From the IMG/VR virus record IMGVR_UViG_3300012347_000286, positions 3,266 to 67,265 of that record: a DNA stretch of 64,000 bases. One strand, 5' to 3'. The position numbers and the translations under genes are program-made. Below are positions 63,990 through 64,000 of the stretch, piece after piece. The first letter of the stretch is position 1, and each line of letters begins with the position of its first letter. The stretch is from a virus. The notes beneath the pieces are model-generated. The model had not been told where the DNA came from, ran no database searches, and saw nothing but the letters and a program-made list of their open reading frames with translations.

Positions 63990-64000
63990 TTTAATCCCAA

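Overview
This 64 kb window is a dense segment of a lytic dsDNA phage genome from a Gram-negative host. The evidence is near-uninterrupted short genes, more than 25 near-consensus sigma70 promoters (TTGACA-17-TATAAT) each placed just ahead of its own gene, strong AGGAG-type RBSs, lipoboxes, and ClpS/ClpX/ClpP/DnaK homologues. Genes run on the plus strand from 1 to about 50.4 kb, with two small minus-strand islands at 28.7-31.5 kb and 42.0-44.3 kb. After a bidirectional terminator at about 50.45 kb, genes run on the minus strand to the window end. I could assign functions to six groups. (1) A candidate DNA-modification island at 0.1-9.4 kb holds QueD-like and QueE-like 7-deazaguanine enzymes, a cytidylyltransferase, a class II aldolase-like protein, a GT4 glycosyltransferase, an SDR epimerase, UvdE and a DGQHR (DndB/DpdB-like) protein. 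(2) Replication and repair genes include a FEN/5'-3' exonuclease, an ATP-dependent DNA ligase, an SF2 helicase, a dCMP deaminase, a 5'(3')-deoxyribonucleotidase and metallophosphoesterases. (3) A proteostasis and translation module at 24.5-32.1 kb comprises ClpX, ribosomal protein S21, DnaK, an sHSP, ClpS, a SprT-like protease and ClpP. (4) IF-1 and an Fe/Mn-SOD-like gene sit at 46.3-47.1 kb, followed by a 1103-aa repeat-rich tail-fiber-like gene. (5) A minus-strand NAD+ salvage module at 57.2-63.4 kb comprises NadV and NadM-Nudix, with a macro-domain protein, an AAA+ ATPase, an SPFH protein, a membrane protein and a wHTH regulator. (6) Arrays of small membrane and small basic proteins with their own promoters lie at 15-18 kb, 34-37 kb and 52-56 kb. 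I found no tRNA, rRNA or CRISPR array by eye. Coordinates I derived by hand rather than from the ORF track may be off by 1-2 nt.
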